Source: Gammaproteobacteria bacterium
GTDB lineage: Bacteria > Pseudomonadota > Gammaproteobacteria > Eutrophobiales > Eutrophobiaceae
NCBI GenBank assembly: GCA_965243205.1
Contig: CBDEUK010000002.1
Span: 896,001 to 960,000 of the forward strand
Direction of reading: 5' to 3'
DNA: 64,000 nt
Shown: one piece after another, positions 29,206 through 38,162 of the stretch
Layout: every line of letters starts with the position of its first letter
Numbering within the stretch: the first letter of the stretch is position 1
The notes under the pieces: model-generated
Databases searched by the model: none
What the model saw: the letters and a program-made list of their open reading frames with translations, nothing else
What the model was told of the DNA's origin: nothing
Translations under genes and position numbers: made by a program

Positions 29206-29583
29206 TTAAGAATGTGTATGAAATACTTTACTCATGATTTTCCATTTGCCATCGACTTTTAATAACACAAACAAATCGGTAAATTTATTACCCGTCCAGT
29301 TATCCAGTTCTAAGCGTGCAGTAGCAACAGTATCAACGATATCAATATTTGTAATATTTGCTTGTAACTCAGTTGCAGGCCCATTTTCATCATTCCAATC
29401 GAACAGTGCTTGTATAGGTGCTGAAAATAGATCTTCACCGATATATCCATGCACAGATGAATTTGCATGAAAGGCAGGTTTCATTTTATCTCCGCTACCA
29501 GCAATGGCACCATCGATATAATGTTGAATAGTTTGTTTTATTTCTTGAACATCAGACATAATTAGATTCCTCTTGATTATCAA
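29206..29583 (-). CDS. NTF2-like (putative lumazine-binding family) protein
   Basis: TIQHYIDG, AFH and FTDLFVLLKVDGKWKIMSKVFH motifs; real start likely at MSDVQE. Confidence 0.85.
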   Translation of the reverse strand: MIIKRNLIMSDVQEIKQTIQHYIDGAIAGSGDKMKPAFHANSSVHGYIGEDLFSAPIQALFDWNDENGPATELQANITNIDIVDTVATARLELDNWTGNKFTDLFVLLKVDGKWKIMSKVFHTHS

Positions 29584-29625
29584 TATATTTAGTCATTAAT
29601 AGTAATGAAGATATTTATTGGTTGG

Positions 29626-29662
29626 TTAGTACCAATTATTGAGAACACATTAGTACCAATTA
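29626..29662. promoter_or_regulatory. Direct-repeat operator (putative MocR-family site) upstream of the NTF2 gene
   Basis: TTAGTACCAATTA twice (29626 and 29650); 24-bp period. Confidence 0.7.
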
Positions 29663-29702
29663 AAAACAGATTTAATGAATTGTTTTAATTTGATTATTTA
29701 TC

Positions 29703-31169
29703 TCAAACAATACTGGATAATTGAGAAATACCGCGTTTAATATTTTCTTCTGTTATGCCTGCATATCCCAATAAAATGATTTTATTAGAATTACTTATAT
29801 CTTGAGAGTTATAAACAGTATGATGATTTAGTGTATAGATACCAACTTGTTTCGTTAACGCCTGACGCTGTAAGTTTTCTGCACTTAAAAAATTCTTCGG
29901 CAATTCCCAAACGATATGCGAACCACATTCATGACCTCTTATCGTAACTGGGCCAAACGCTTGTTCTAAAGAATCAAGCAAGCAATTTCTGCGATTTAAA
30001 TAAGTTTGTCTCAAGCGTTTAATGTGATTATCAAACCCTCCATTACTCAAAAAATCCGTCATAATAATTTGATCAAGCCAAGGTAAACCATAATCTAGCA
30101 GTGTTTTGCTACTTTTTGCATGTTCAACTAAGAATGTAGGAAGCACCATATAACCAATTCGTAAACCTGGCCCAATTGATTTTGAAAATGAACTTAGATA
30201 TATCACTCGTTCATCATTATCAAACGAACGAATTGCACGTAACGGTGAACCCTCATATCGAAAATCACTGTCATAATCCACTTCCAAGATATAAGAGTCA
30301 GTATCATTTGCCCATTTAATTAACTGCTTACGTCTATCTATTGGTAATGTGGCACATAATGGGAAATGACGTGATGGTGTTATCATTGCGACACTAATTT
30401 GGTCATTCGGTAATTCATCAATACTAATACCATCTTCATCGATTGGTACTGGAATGATTTCAGCGCCATAATTATTAAAGAGATAACTTGCACCTTTATA
30501 ACCGGGTGACTCCAATATAACCTTCGAACCATTTCGAATAAATAAATGCGAGACAATATTCAATCCCTGTTGAATGCCAGTCAATACAATTACTTGTTCT
30601 GGATCTACTTTCATACCACGGGTTACACCAAGTCTGGTAGCGATAGCTGTTTTTAATTCAAATAAACCGGTTGGATCACTGTATTTAGCCATATGGCTAT
30701 GTGCACTACTTAATCGATCATTTATGATGCGACGCCATGCTTTTGTTGGAAACGAATGTGGATCAGTTTTTTCTATTTGGAAATCATAAAGAACTTTTGG
30801 AAAGTCGATTTTGTATAGTTTTTCTTCTTTACCTTTAGTTTTTGAATTTAACTCTACTGGATGAGATTGTTTAAGCGAATTATTATTAGTGATAGTTTTA
30901 TTTATTTTTATTGCATCATCAGGAAGGATAGTACAAACATAAGTTCCAGAACCCATTTTGGATTCTATATAACCTTGTTCTATTAGTTTATCGTATGCAC
31001 CTTTAATAGTATTGCGAGATAATTGTAATTGTTCACTGAGTGTTCGACTGGCAGGCAATCGTTCGCCAGGCAATATTCGTTCTGTTTTAATTAATTCAAT
31101 GATCTGTTCTACTATTTGATATTGATAAGAACTATCATTTTCTTTTTGAATGAGAATCGATAATTCCAT
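29703..31169 (-). CDS. GntR/MocR-family PLP-dependent transcriptional regulator
   Basis: GERLPASRTLS..SRNTI wHTH; EVDYDSDFRY and SFSKSIGPGLRIG motifs. Confidence 0.92.
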   Translation of the reverse strand: MELSILIQKENDSSYQYQIVEQIIELIKTERILPGERLPASRTLSEQLQLSRNTIKGAYDKLIEQGYIESKMGSGTYVCTILPDDAIKINKTITNNNSLKQSHPVELNSKTKGKEEKLYKIDFPKVLYDFQIEKTDPHSFPTKAWRRIINDRLSSAHSHMAKYSDPTGLFELKTAIATRLGVTRGMKVDPEQVIVLTGIQQGLNIVSHLFIRNGSKVILESPGYKGASYLFNNYGAEIIPVPIDEDGISIDELPNDQISVAMITPSRHFPLCATLPIDRRKQLIKWANDTDSYILEVDYDSDFRYEGSPLRAIRSFDNDERVIYLSSFSKSIGPGLRIGYMVLPTFLVEHAKSSKTLLDYGLPWLDQIIMTDFLSNGGFDNHIKRLRQTYLNRRNCLLDSLEQAFGPVTIRGHECGSHIVWELPKNFLSAENLQRQALTKQVGIYTLNHHTVYNSQDISNSNKIILLGYAGITEENIKRGISQLSSIV

Positions 31170-31178
31170 ATAACACTT

Positions 31179-31799
31179 CTATTGCACTAAACCTAAATGT
31201 TCCTCATTAGCCTGTAATGCTCTATCGTATTCCATTAACTCAGCGGTTTTTTGTTTGAGTTCAGGACTGTAAAATTTGCCTAATAAATAAAACATTACGT
31301 CAATTGCTAATGTAACACCGCCACCAGTAATAATATTTCCTTCGTCTACTAAAGCAGCAGTTAATGGTTTTGCATCTGGTGCATAATCCTTGATCATATT
31401 AAGAGGAATTTTTTCTCCCGATGCAGCTAACCTTCGTGTGGTAATTTGAGAATCTCGAATAATGCCAGACGCTGCTAAGATCATAGCGCCTGTACATACA
31501 GACACTAGTTTTGCTTTATTATTTGCCGATTGAATAAATTGAAGTGTTTGCTGATTATCACACTGCTTAACCCAACCAGGCCCACCTGTAACAATGAGTA
31601 AATCAAAATCAGGGCAATCATCATATGAGTAATCCGCGATCGTTCTTACATTATTACTCAACACAACTTCGCCCTTAGTCTCAGCGACCATGAAGAATTC
31701 AATGTTGGATTCGAACCTTCGAGCCATAGATAGAACACCTGTTGTAGCGCCTACATCGATCGGTTCAACATTCTCATAGATGAGAATTGCAAATTTCAT
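31179..31799 (-). CDS. DJ-1/PfpI-family protein (isonitrile hydratase-like subgroup)
   Basis: EPID, VTGGPG, SVCTGA (nucleophile Cys) and ITGGGVT motifs. Confidence 0.85.
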   Translation of the reverse strand: MKFAILIYENVEPIDVGATTGVLSMARRFESNIEFFMVAETKGEVVLSNNVRTIADYSYDDCPDFDLLIVTGGPGWVKQCDNQQTLQFIQSANNKAKLVSVCTGAMILAASGIIRDSQITTRRLAASGEKIPLNMIKDYAPDAKPLTAALVDEGNIITGGGVTLAIDVMFYLLGKFYSPELKQKTAELMEYDRALQANEEHLGLVQ

Positions 31800-31915
31800 T
31801 GTGGTATTTTCTCTTTTGATAAAAATATTGCGACCAAATGTTGCCTGATAGTATCCTGTAGGTCAACAATCATTTACTAAAGCATATTAGGAATGTTTAA
31901 TACTCACTAAAACTT

Positions 31916-32500
31916 ATGAATAAAGAATCTATTGAAATGTTAATTGGTCTACGGCTTAAAGAACTGCGAAAAATACGCGGGATCACTCTTGAAACCTTAG
32001 CGAATCAAACAGAATTTACTAAGGGATATCTTTCAAAAATTGAAAATGCAAAAAAATTACCGCCGATAGAAACATTATCAAAAATATCAGCAGCATTAAA
32101 CACTGATATATCCTACTTTTTTAATAAAAATGAAGAGCTTACAAGCGACAACGATCACTACTCCATTGTCCGCGCGCAGGAACGAAAAATGGTGGTGCGT
32201 GGCGGCTCATCGTTTGGTTATGACTATGAAAGTCTTGCTTATAAGAAAAAAAATAAATCCCTAGAGCCTTTTGTTTTTACATTTCCCAAGGATCATGAAA
32301 ACGATGAATATTTCTCTCATGAAGGCGAAGAAATGCTATTTATTTTAAGTGGCACTGTTGAATTTGAGGTCGATAAGGAATCGTTTGTACTTTATGCAGG
32401 TGATTGTATTTATATAGACTCGATAGTTAGACACAGAGGTAAAGCATTAGGTGAAGAAGCTAAGGCATTAGTCGTTATCTACCAACCTAACGAAAAATAA
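31916..32500 (+). CDS. XRE-family regulator with C-terminal cupin domain
   Basis: LKELRK..ITLETLA..FTKGYLSKIEN HTH; HEGEE...GDCIY cupin motif. Confidence 0.9.
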   Translation: MNKESIEMLIGLRLKELRKIRGITLETLANQTEFTKGYLSKIENAKKLPPIETLSKISAALNTDISYFFNKNEELTSDNDHYSIVRAQERKMVVRGGSSFGYDYESLAYKKKNKSLEPFVFTFPKDHENDEYFSHEGEEMLFILSGTVEFEVDKESFVLYAGDCIYIDSIVRHRGKALGEEAKALVVIYQPNEK

Positions 32501-32596
32501 TAATAAAATTCAATACTTTAAATTTATCATTATTTCGATATAACAAAATATTCACGTTTGAACGGTTGACAACTCCAAGTACTGAGGATATTTTTC

Positions 32597-32619
32597 ATTA
32601 GGAAACAATGTTTCCTAAT
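32597..32619. promoter_or_regulatory. Palindromic operator upstream of the cupin gene
   Basis: ATTAGGAAACA-A-TGTTTCCTAAT, downstream of TTGACA at 32566. Confidence 0.65.
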
Positions 32620-32639
32620 ATTCAACTCGGGAGAGAGCC

Positions 32640-33056
32640 ATGACAGTTAAAATCAGCGATAAATTTAAACCTACAATAGGCGGTTCCGTCTATGTCACTC
32701 CACAAGAAATGGAATGGCAACCAAGTCAGTTTGAAGGTATTCAAATCAAAGTGCTTTATCAAGATAAGGAAAAAGGTGAAATGACCTGCCTATTAAAATG
32801 GGAACCTGGAGCAACATTACCATTCCACAAACATCCTGAAATCGAACAGTCCTACGTTATCGAAGGTTCGTTTTATGATCACGATGGTATTTGTCGTGCT
32901 GGTGAATTTGTATGGCGACATGCAGGATCGTTTCATCAAACCCATACAGATGAAGGTTGTGTTATTCTGGCTGTGTATCGAAAACCTAATGTATTTAAAA
33001 ATACTGCTGGTTTTTATAAAGACAATGCTAAAAAAGGTTTTGAAGACGAATCATGA
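32640..33056 (+). CDS. ChrR-like cupin (single domain)
   Basis: PGATLPFHKHPEIEQSYVIEGS...GSFHQT metal-binding cupin motif. Confidence 0.85.
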   Translation: MTVKISDKFKPTIGGSVYVTPQEMEWQPSQFEGIQIKVLYQDKEKGEMTCLLKWEPGATLPFHKHPEIEQSYVIEGSFYDHDGICRAGEFVWRHAGSFHQTHTDEGCVILAVYRKPNVFKNTAGFYKDNAKKGFEDES

Positions 33057-33715
33057 GTACAGTATTTATCACAGGTGCTAACAAAGGTATTGGATTAGAG
33101 TTTTGTCGCCAATATAAAAGCAAGGGGTATGATGTTATTGCTACGTGCCGTACCCTTTCTCCAGAATTAAAGTCACTTGATGTTAAGATTATTACTGATA
33201 TTGATGTAGCAGATGAGTCATCAATGCAAACCATTGTTAATGAGCTTAATAATAGTCGTATTGATATCGCCATTAATAATGCTGGTATTATGTTGGAAGA
33301 TAAATTGGAAGCATTCGATCTAGAAGGAATACGTAAACAATTCGAAATTAATGCACTTGCCCCTTTATTGATTACTCACACAATCCTACCGCGACTTGCT
33401 AATCCCTCGAAGCTCATCTTGATAACAAGTCGTATGGGTTCTATTCAAGATAATACCTCTGGTTCTTATTATGGTTACCGAATGTCTAAAACAGCGTTGA
33501 ATATGGCTGGGACTTCTTTATCTCACGATTTAAAAGATAAAGGTGTAGCTGTTGGAATATTACACCCTGGATTTGTAAAAACAGATCTAACTGGTAATAC
33601 AGGACATATTACTGCTGAAGAATCCGTTGCAATGATGATCGATCGTATTAATGAATTGAACATAGAAAACTCTGGAACCTTTTGGCATGCGGATGGGCAG
33701 GTATTGCCTTGGTAG
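33053..33715 (+). CDS. Short-chain dehydrogenase/reductase (CsgA/C-factor-like)
   Basis: ITGANKGIG, NNAG, SRMGS, YRMSK and HPGFVKTD motifs. Confidence 0.9.
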   Translation: MSTVFITGANKGIGLEFCRQYKSKGYDVIATCRTLSPELKSLDVKIITDIDVADESSMQTIVNELNNSRIDIAINNAGIMLEDKLEAFDLEGIRKQFEINALAPLLITHTILPRLANPSKLILITSRMGSIQDNTSGSYYGYRMSKTALNMAGTSLSHDLKDKGVAVGILHPGFVKTDLTGNTGHITAEESVAMMIDRINELNIENSGTFWHADGQVLPW

Positions 33716-33720
33716 AACAT

Positions 33721-34617
33721 TTATTGTTTAAAATGCTCTACCGTAAAATCAATAAACGCCCTCACCTTTGGTGGTAAATGTTTTTGTCGTTGATAAAGCG
33801 CATAAACAGGTGTTTCTTTTGGAATAGAATGATAATTGGTTAGTACTTCAACTAATTGTCCGCGATTTAATTCTTCATTCACTAACCATTCAGGAACTAA
33901 AATAATACCACTACCGGCTAATGCTGCTGCCACCAATGCTTCTCCATTATTACTATAAAACTTCCCTGCAGTTCGTATTTCAGAAATTGAGTTTTGCTTA
34001 TTTTTAAATTTCCATACATTACTACCAGCATTAGAACGAAACGTTAAGCAATTATGTTCTATCAAATCTTCTGGGGTTTTAGGATGAGCATTTTTTTTAA
34101 AATATTTAGGGCTTGCGCATAATACTCTACGACCCGAAATAATTTTTCGCGCCATTAAACTCGAATCATTTAATGCACCTAATCGAATGGTTAAATCAAT
34201 CCGTTGTTCTATCATGTCCATCACTTGATCAGACGAAATTAAAACCACTTCGACGTTCGGATATTGTTCTTGGAACTTAACAATAATTGGCACGATGTAA
34301 CGTCGAGATAATACGTTTGGAATGTTTAGACGTAACACGCCCGATGGAGAACCATCTAAGTCTGAAATAGCTAGCTTGGCTTCCTCCACATCAGAAATGA
34401 TCCGAACCGCATGTGGGTAATACAATTCACCCGCTTCTGTTAAGCTCAGTTTACGCGTTGTCCTCTGAAATAAAACAACACCTAAGGCATCCTCTAGATC
34501 ATTTATTTGTCTTGAAATCGATGAAGGTGCCACACTTAACTTTCTACCCGCCTCGGAAAAACTGCCGGTTTCAACGACACGAACAAATATTTTCATCGCA
34601 TTCAATGTTTCAGTCAT
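33721..34617 (-). CDS. LysR-family regulator (CrgA-like)
   Basis: GSFSEAGR..SSISRQINDLE..LFQRTTR HTH; PPKVRAFIDF. Confidence 0.92.
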   Translation of the reverse strand: MTETLNAMKIFVRVVETGSFSEAGRKLSVAPSSISRQINDLEDALGVVLFQRTTRKLSLTEAGELYYPHAVRIISDVEEAKLAISDLDGSPSGVLRLNIPNVLSRRYIVPIIVKFQEQYPNVEVVLISSDQVMDMIEQRIDLTIRLGALNDSSLMARKIISGRRVLCASPKYFKKNAHPKTPEDLIEHNCLTFRSNAGSNVWKFKNKQNSISEIRTAGKFYSNNGEALVAAALAGSGIILVPEWLVNEELNRGQLVEVLTNYHSIPKETPVYALYQRQKHLPPKVRAFIDFTVEHFKQ

Positions 34618-34722
34618 TTTTCACCTTTGCGTTTTATGCATAAGTATTTATATGATTTTATTATTTTTCAGAAAGAAAAAAAAGTCTAAGCTTCTTACTA
34701 TCAAGAAACGTGAGAAAAAACC

Positions 34723-35379
34723 ATGATCGATTTGTATTTTTGGAAAACGCCGAATGGCTACAAGATATTAATGTATTTAGAAGAAGCTCAAATGCCTTAC
34801 CGCATTATCCCTATTGATATCAATAAGGGTGAACAATTTGAACCGAGCTTTTTAGCGATCTCGCCTAATAATAAGATTCCTGCAATCGTGGATCATGAAT
34901 CAAGTGCAATAGATAAACCTATGGCGGTTTTTGAATCCGGCGCCATATTGTTGTACTTAGCCGAAAAATATCAACAGTTTTTGCCCAACAGTGAACCTCA
35001 ACGCAGCCAAGTATTGCAATGGTTATTTTGGCAAATGAGTGCACTAGGTCCTATGGCAGGTCAGAATTTACATTTTATTCACTCTGCACCTAACAACGAA
35101 CCTTACTCTAAAGAGCGATTTAACGGTGAAACAAAACGTTTATTTAGCGTAATAGATAAACAACTAGCTTCAAATGAATATCTTGCTGGGCAATATTCAA
35201 TAGCGGATATAGCGACCTACCCTTGGATAAAAATCCATGAGGCTTTAGAAATTAATTTACATGAATTTCCAAATGTACATCGTTGGTGGAAACAAATTCA
35301 TTCAAGACCAGCTGTTATCAATGCATACAAAATTGGCAATGCAATTAACCAAACAACAACTGAGAAAATAGCTGTTTAA
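34723..35379 (+). CDS. Glutathione S-transferase (YfcG/Nu-like)
   Basis: TPNG, SPNNKIPAI, FESGAIL and YSIADIA motifs. Confidence 0.9.
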   Translation: MIDLYFWKTPNGYKILMYLEEAQMPYRIIPIDINKGEQFEPSFLAISPNNKIPAIVDHESSAIDKPMAVFESGAILLYLAEKYQQFLPNSEPQRSQVLQWLFWQMSALGPMAGQNLHFIHSAPNNEPYSKERFNGETKRLFSVIDKQLASNEYLAGQYSIADIATYPWIKIHEALEINLHEFPNVHRWWKQIHSRPAVINAYKIGNAINQTTTEKIAV

Positions 35380-35389
35380 AGGAAAGATT

Positions 35390-35569
35390 ATGAATATCAA
35401 TAATGTTAACAATCATATATTTGAGTCAATTGATAAAAAAAATGATTGTTCAAATATTAAAGAGTTTGAATTGTTTTTGGGTAACCCTAGTTTTCCATTA
35501 GTTGATTCACACTTAACAGAAATATTAATTACTACGTCAATGAAAAGGTGTAAACATGAAATTATATGA
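35390..35569 (+). CDS. Putative 59-aa small protein between the two GST genes
   Basis: AAGGAAAG RBS; MNINNVNNHIFESIDKKNDCSNIKEFELFLGNPSFPLVDSHLTEILITTSMKRCKHEII*; overlaps the next start by 14 nt. Confidence 0.4.
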   Translation: MNINNVNNHIFESIDKKNDCSNIKEFELFLGNPSFPLVDSHLTEILITTSMKRCKHEII

Positions 35570-36167
35570 ATACGAAGCATTCCCTAATCCACGTCGAGTT
35601 AGAATGTTCTTAGCTGAAAAAGGCATTGATATAGAAAGGGTTCAAGTTGATGTACCGGCAGGTCAACATCGTACATCTGAATTTTTAGAAAAAAATCCAG
35701 ATGCAGCAGTACCGTTTTTAGAACTCGATAACGGTGAATACATCAGTGAAACCGTTGCAATATCTCGTTACTTCGAAGAGTTACATCCTGAACCAGCTTT
35801 GATGGGAAAAACCCCAGAAGAATCTGCCAAGATTGAAATGTGGCAACGTAAAGCTGAAAACTCTTTAATGCAATGTGCAGCAACGTATTTTCATCATGGA
35901 ACAGATGGACTTGGAGAAAGTGATCGTTATCGCAATAAAGAATGGGGAGAAAAAAATCGAGACGACATTGTAACTGCTATGAATAAACTGGATAAACAAT
36001 TAGCAACGAATTCTTTTGTGGCTGGTAACGCTTTTTCTATAGCAGACATTACAGCTTTATGTTCTATTGATTTTGCTAAGGCAATAGGTATCTCTATTCC
36101 AGATGAATGCACACATCTACAACGTTGGTATAAAGAAATTAGTCAACGAGATAGTGCATCGGCATAA
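35556..36167 (+). CDS. Glutathione S-transferase (GTT2-like)
   Basis: PNPRRVRMFLAEKG, VPFLELD, ISETVAI and FSIADIT motifs. Confidence 0.9.
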   Translation: MKLYEYEAFPNPRRVRMFLAEKGIDIERVQVDVPAGQHRTSEFLEKNPDAAVPFLELDNGEYISETVAISRYFEELHPEPALMGKTPEESAKIEMWQRKAENSLMQCAATYFHHGTDGLGESDRYRNKEWGEKNRDDIVTAMNKLDKQLATNSFVAGNAFSIADITALCSIDFAKAIGISIPDECTHLQRWYKEISQRDSASA

Positions 36168-36192
36168 GCTATAGTTCTATAGGAGAATTCAA

Positions 36193-36846
36193 ATGCAAAT
36201 ACATGCTGACTTATCAAAACGCGCTGTTGTAAACAGTAATGAATTATCATGGATCGACTCTCCTCTTCCTGGTGTCCAACGACGTATGTTAGAACGCGAT
36301 GGTGAAGAAGTTGCACGTGCTACATCAATTGTACGTTATGCAGAGAATTCTCATTTTAGTCCGCATATGCATGGCGGTGGTGAAGAATTTTTTGTATTAG
36401 ATGGAGTTTTCTCAGATGAAATGGGAGATTTCCCAAAAGGTATGTATGTACGTAATCCTGTAGGTTCTAAGCACCAACCATTTAGTGAAAACGGAGCAAT
36501 TATTTTAGTAAAGCTGCATCAATTCGATCCCGACGATCAAAAGTACGTTCGAATAGATACAAACACAGCAGATTGGTATCCAGGCCAAGTAGAAGGGTTA
36601 GAAGTAATGCCATTACATTCTTATAAATCAGAAGAAGTGGCTCTTGTAAAATGGGCTGCCGGAACTCGATTTAATCCTCATCAACATAGTAGAGGCGAAG
36701 AGATCTTTGTGCTTGAAGGAACATTTGCTGATGAAAACGGTGTTTATCCTAAAGGAACCTGGATACGTAATCCTCCAGGTTCAACTCATACTCCATATTC
36801 TGATGAAGGTTGTCTTATCTATGTAAAAACTGGACATCTATCATAA
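36193..36846 (+). CDS. Tandem ChrR-like cupin protein
   Basis: GVQRRMLERDGEEVARATS; two H.H.GGEE/GEE cupin motifs. Confidence 0.88.
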   Translation: MQIHADLSKRAVVNSNELSWIDSPLPGVQRRMLERDGEEVARATSIVRYAENSHFSPHMHGGGEEFFVLDGVFSDEMGDFPKGMYVRNPVGSKHQPFSENGAIILVKLHQFDPDDQKYVRIDTNTADWYPGQVEGLEVMPLHSYKSEEVALVKWAAGTRFNPHQHSRGEEIFVLEGTFADENGVYPKGTWIRNPPGSTHTPYSDEGCLIYVKTGHLS

Positions 36847-36864
36847 CAAAATAGGTATCTAACT

Positions 36865-37182
36865 ATGAATAAGAAACTATTAATATCTACTATTGTAATC
36901 GTACTATTTAGTTTTGGATGCAGTGATTATCAATCAGGTTACCAAGATGGTTACGAAGGCATGGAACAACGATGGACTTTATTTGGCTACGATGAATATT
37001 CCAATGGTTATCAAATAGGAAAAGCCGATAAGTTTCAAGAAGATTGGGAATCAGAGAATGCTATTGATATTGATGATGAATTATTACAATGTCGTGATAT
37101 ATTTTTTGAAGTAAATCATACAAATTTTTCATTACAAAATTATACAAAATCTTCTGGTAATGTTTATTCGTTGAAAAAATAG
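36865..37182 (+). CDS. Hypothetical lipoprotein
   Basis: Lipobox SFGC; YQSGYQDGY low-complexity motif. Confidence 0.65.
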   Translation: MNKKLLISTIVIVLFSFGCSDYQSGYQDGYEGMEQRWTLFGYDEYSNGYQIGKADKFQEDWESENAIDIDDELLQCRDIFFEVNHTNFSLQNYTKSSGNVYSLKK

Positions 37183-37229
37183 TCTCGCTATTAATCTCCA
37201 ATTTTTTTTATGCATTGCATAATTGCTTA

Positions 37230-38135
37230 TTATTGATATTTTTTTTCTGCGATATAGATATCCAAACCTCCTTCGCCTCCAATACGATCAGATGGGAAAT
37301 AGATAATTCGTCCGTTATCAAATGGTGCCGGTAATTGTTCATCATATGATGTATTGATTGATGCACCTAGGTTAACTGGTGTTTGCCAATTGCCATCAGT
37401 ATCTCTTTCAGAATGCCATATATCACTTCCACCATAACCTCCTTTTCTAGAAGTCCAGACATAACCTGATTTCGGATCCAAATGTCCATCAAACTTAGGA
37501 CTGTTTATAGATGATAATATTTCAGCCTCAGAATATTTATTCGTTTTAGGATCAAATCTTATACGCCAGGCATCTAAATGACCAATACTGCCTTTACGAT
37601 TACTTACAAAATAAAGATGAACTAAATTCGAAGTTTCTTCGGTATGATATATAACACAAACATCATGATCGCTTGTATTGACATCGCAACCTAGATTTTG
37701 AGGTTTTCCCCAAGCCAGTTCATCATTTAAATCTTCACGATAAGACTTAAAAATATCCAAACCACCACAAGTATCTAATTGATTGCTTGAAAAATACAAC
37801 CATTTACCATCATCGGAAAAACTGACACTATGCTCTGTTCCACTCGTATTAATATGGCTAGGCAATAAACGTGGCTCGCCCCATTCATCAGTAAGGTTTT
37901 GTCGCGTTGATACATAAATATTCCAATCATCATCATCGCCATCTATTCTCCTACGTGAGAAATATAAATTTAATCCATCATCTGTGATCGCTGGAAAAGC
38001 CTCATCATGTATTGTATTGATCGATTTTCCTAGATTTGTAACTATCCATGAATGCTGATCCTCAGCAGAAATATTGCTTGAGAAAAAATATGAACTGCAA
38101 ATAATAAATAGTTTAAATCGCATAATATTGTTCAT
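37230..38135 (-). CDS. Secreted PD40/WD40-like beta-propeller protein
   Basis: Repeats NLG..INT..E..P....DG..LYF.S.R.GG.GG.DIY. Confidence 0.82.
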   Translation of the reverse strand: MNNIMRFKLFIICSSYFFSSNISAEDQHSWIVTNLGKSINTIHDEAFPAITDDGLNLYFSRRRIDGDDDDWNIYVSTRQNLTDEWGEPRLLPSHINTSGTEHSVSFSDDGKWLYFSSNQLDTCGGLDIFKSYREDLNDELAWGKPQNLGCDVNTSDHDVCVIYHTEETSNLVHLYFVSNRKGSIGHLDAWRIRFDPKTNKYSEAEILSSINSPKFDGHLDPKSGYVWTSRKGGYGGSDIWHSERDTDGNWQTPVNLGASINTSYDEQLPAPFDNGRIIYFPSDRIGGEGGLDIYIAEKKYQ

Positions 38136-38162
38136 TATTAATTAAACACGCTTATTCTACTT

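Noticed and set aside
29145-29662. Short repeated units as a possible CRISPR or iteron array
   Set aside because: Only two pairs of 13-bp repeats with 11-bp gaps, located in promoters, and no cas or rep genes; an operator explains them better.
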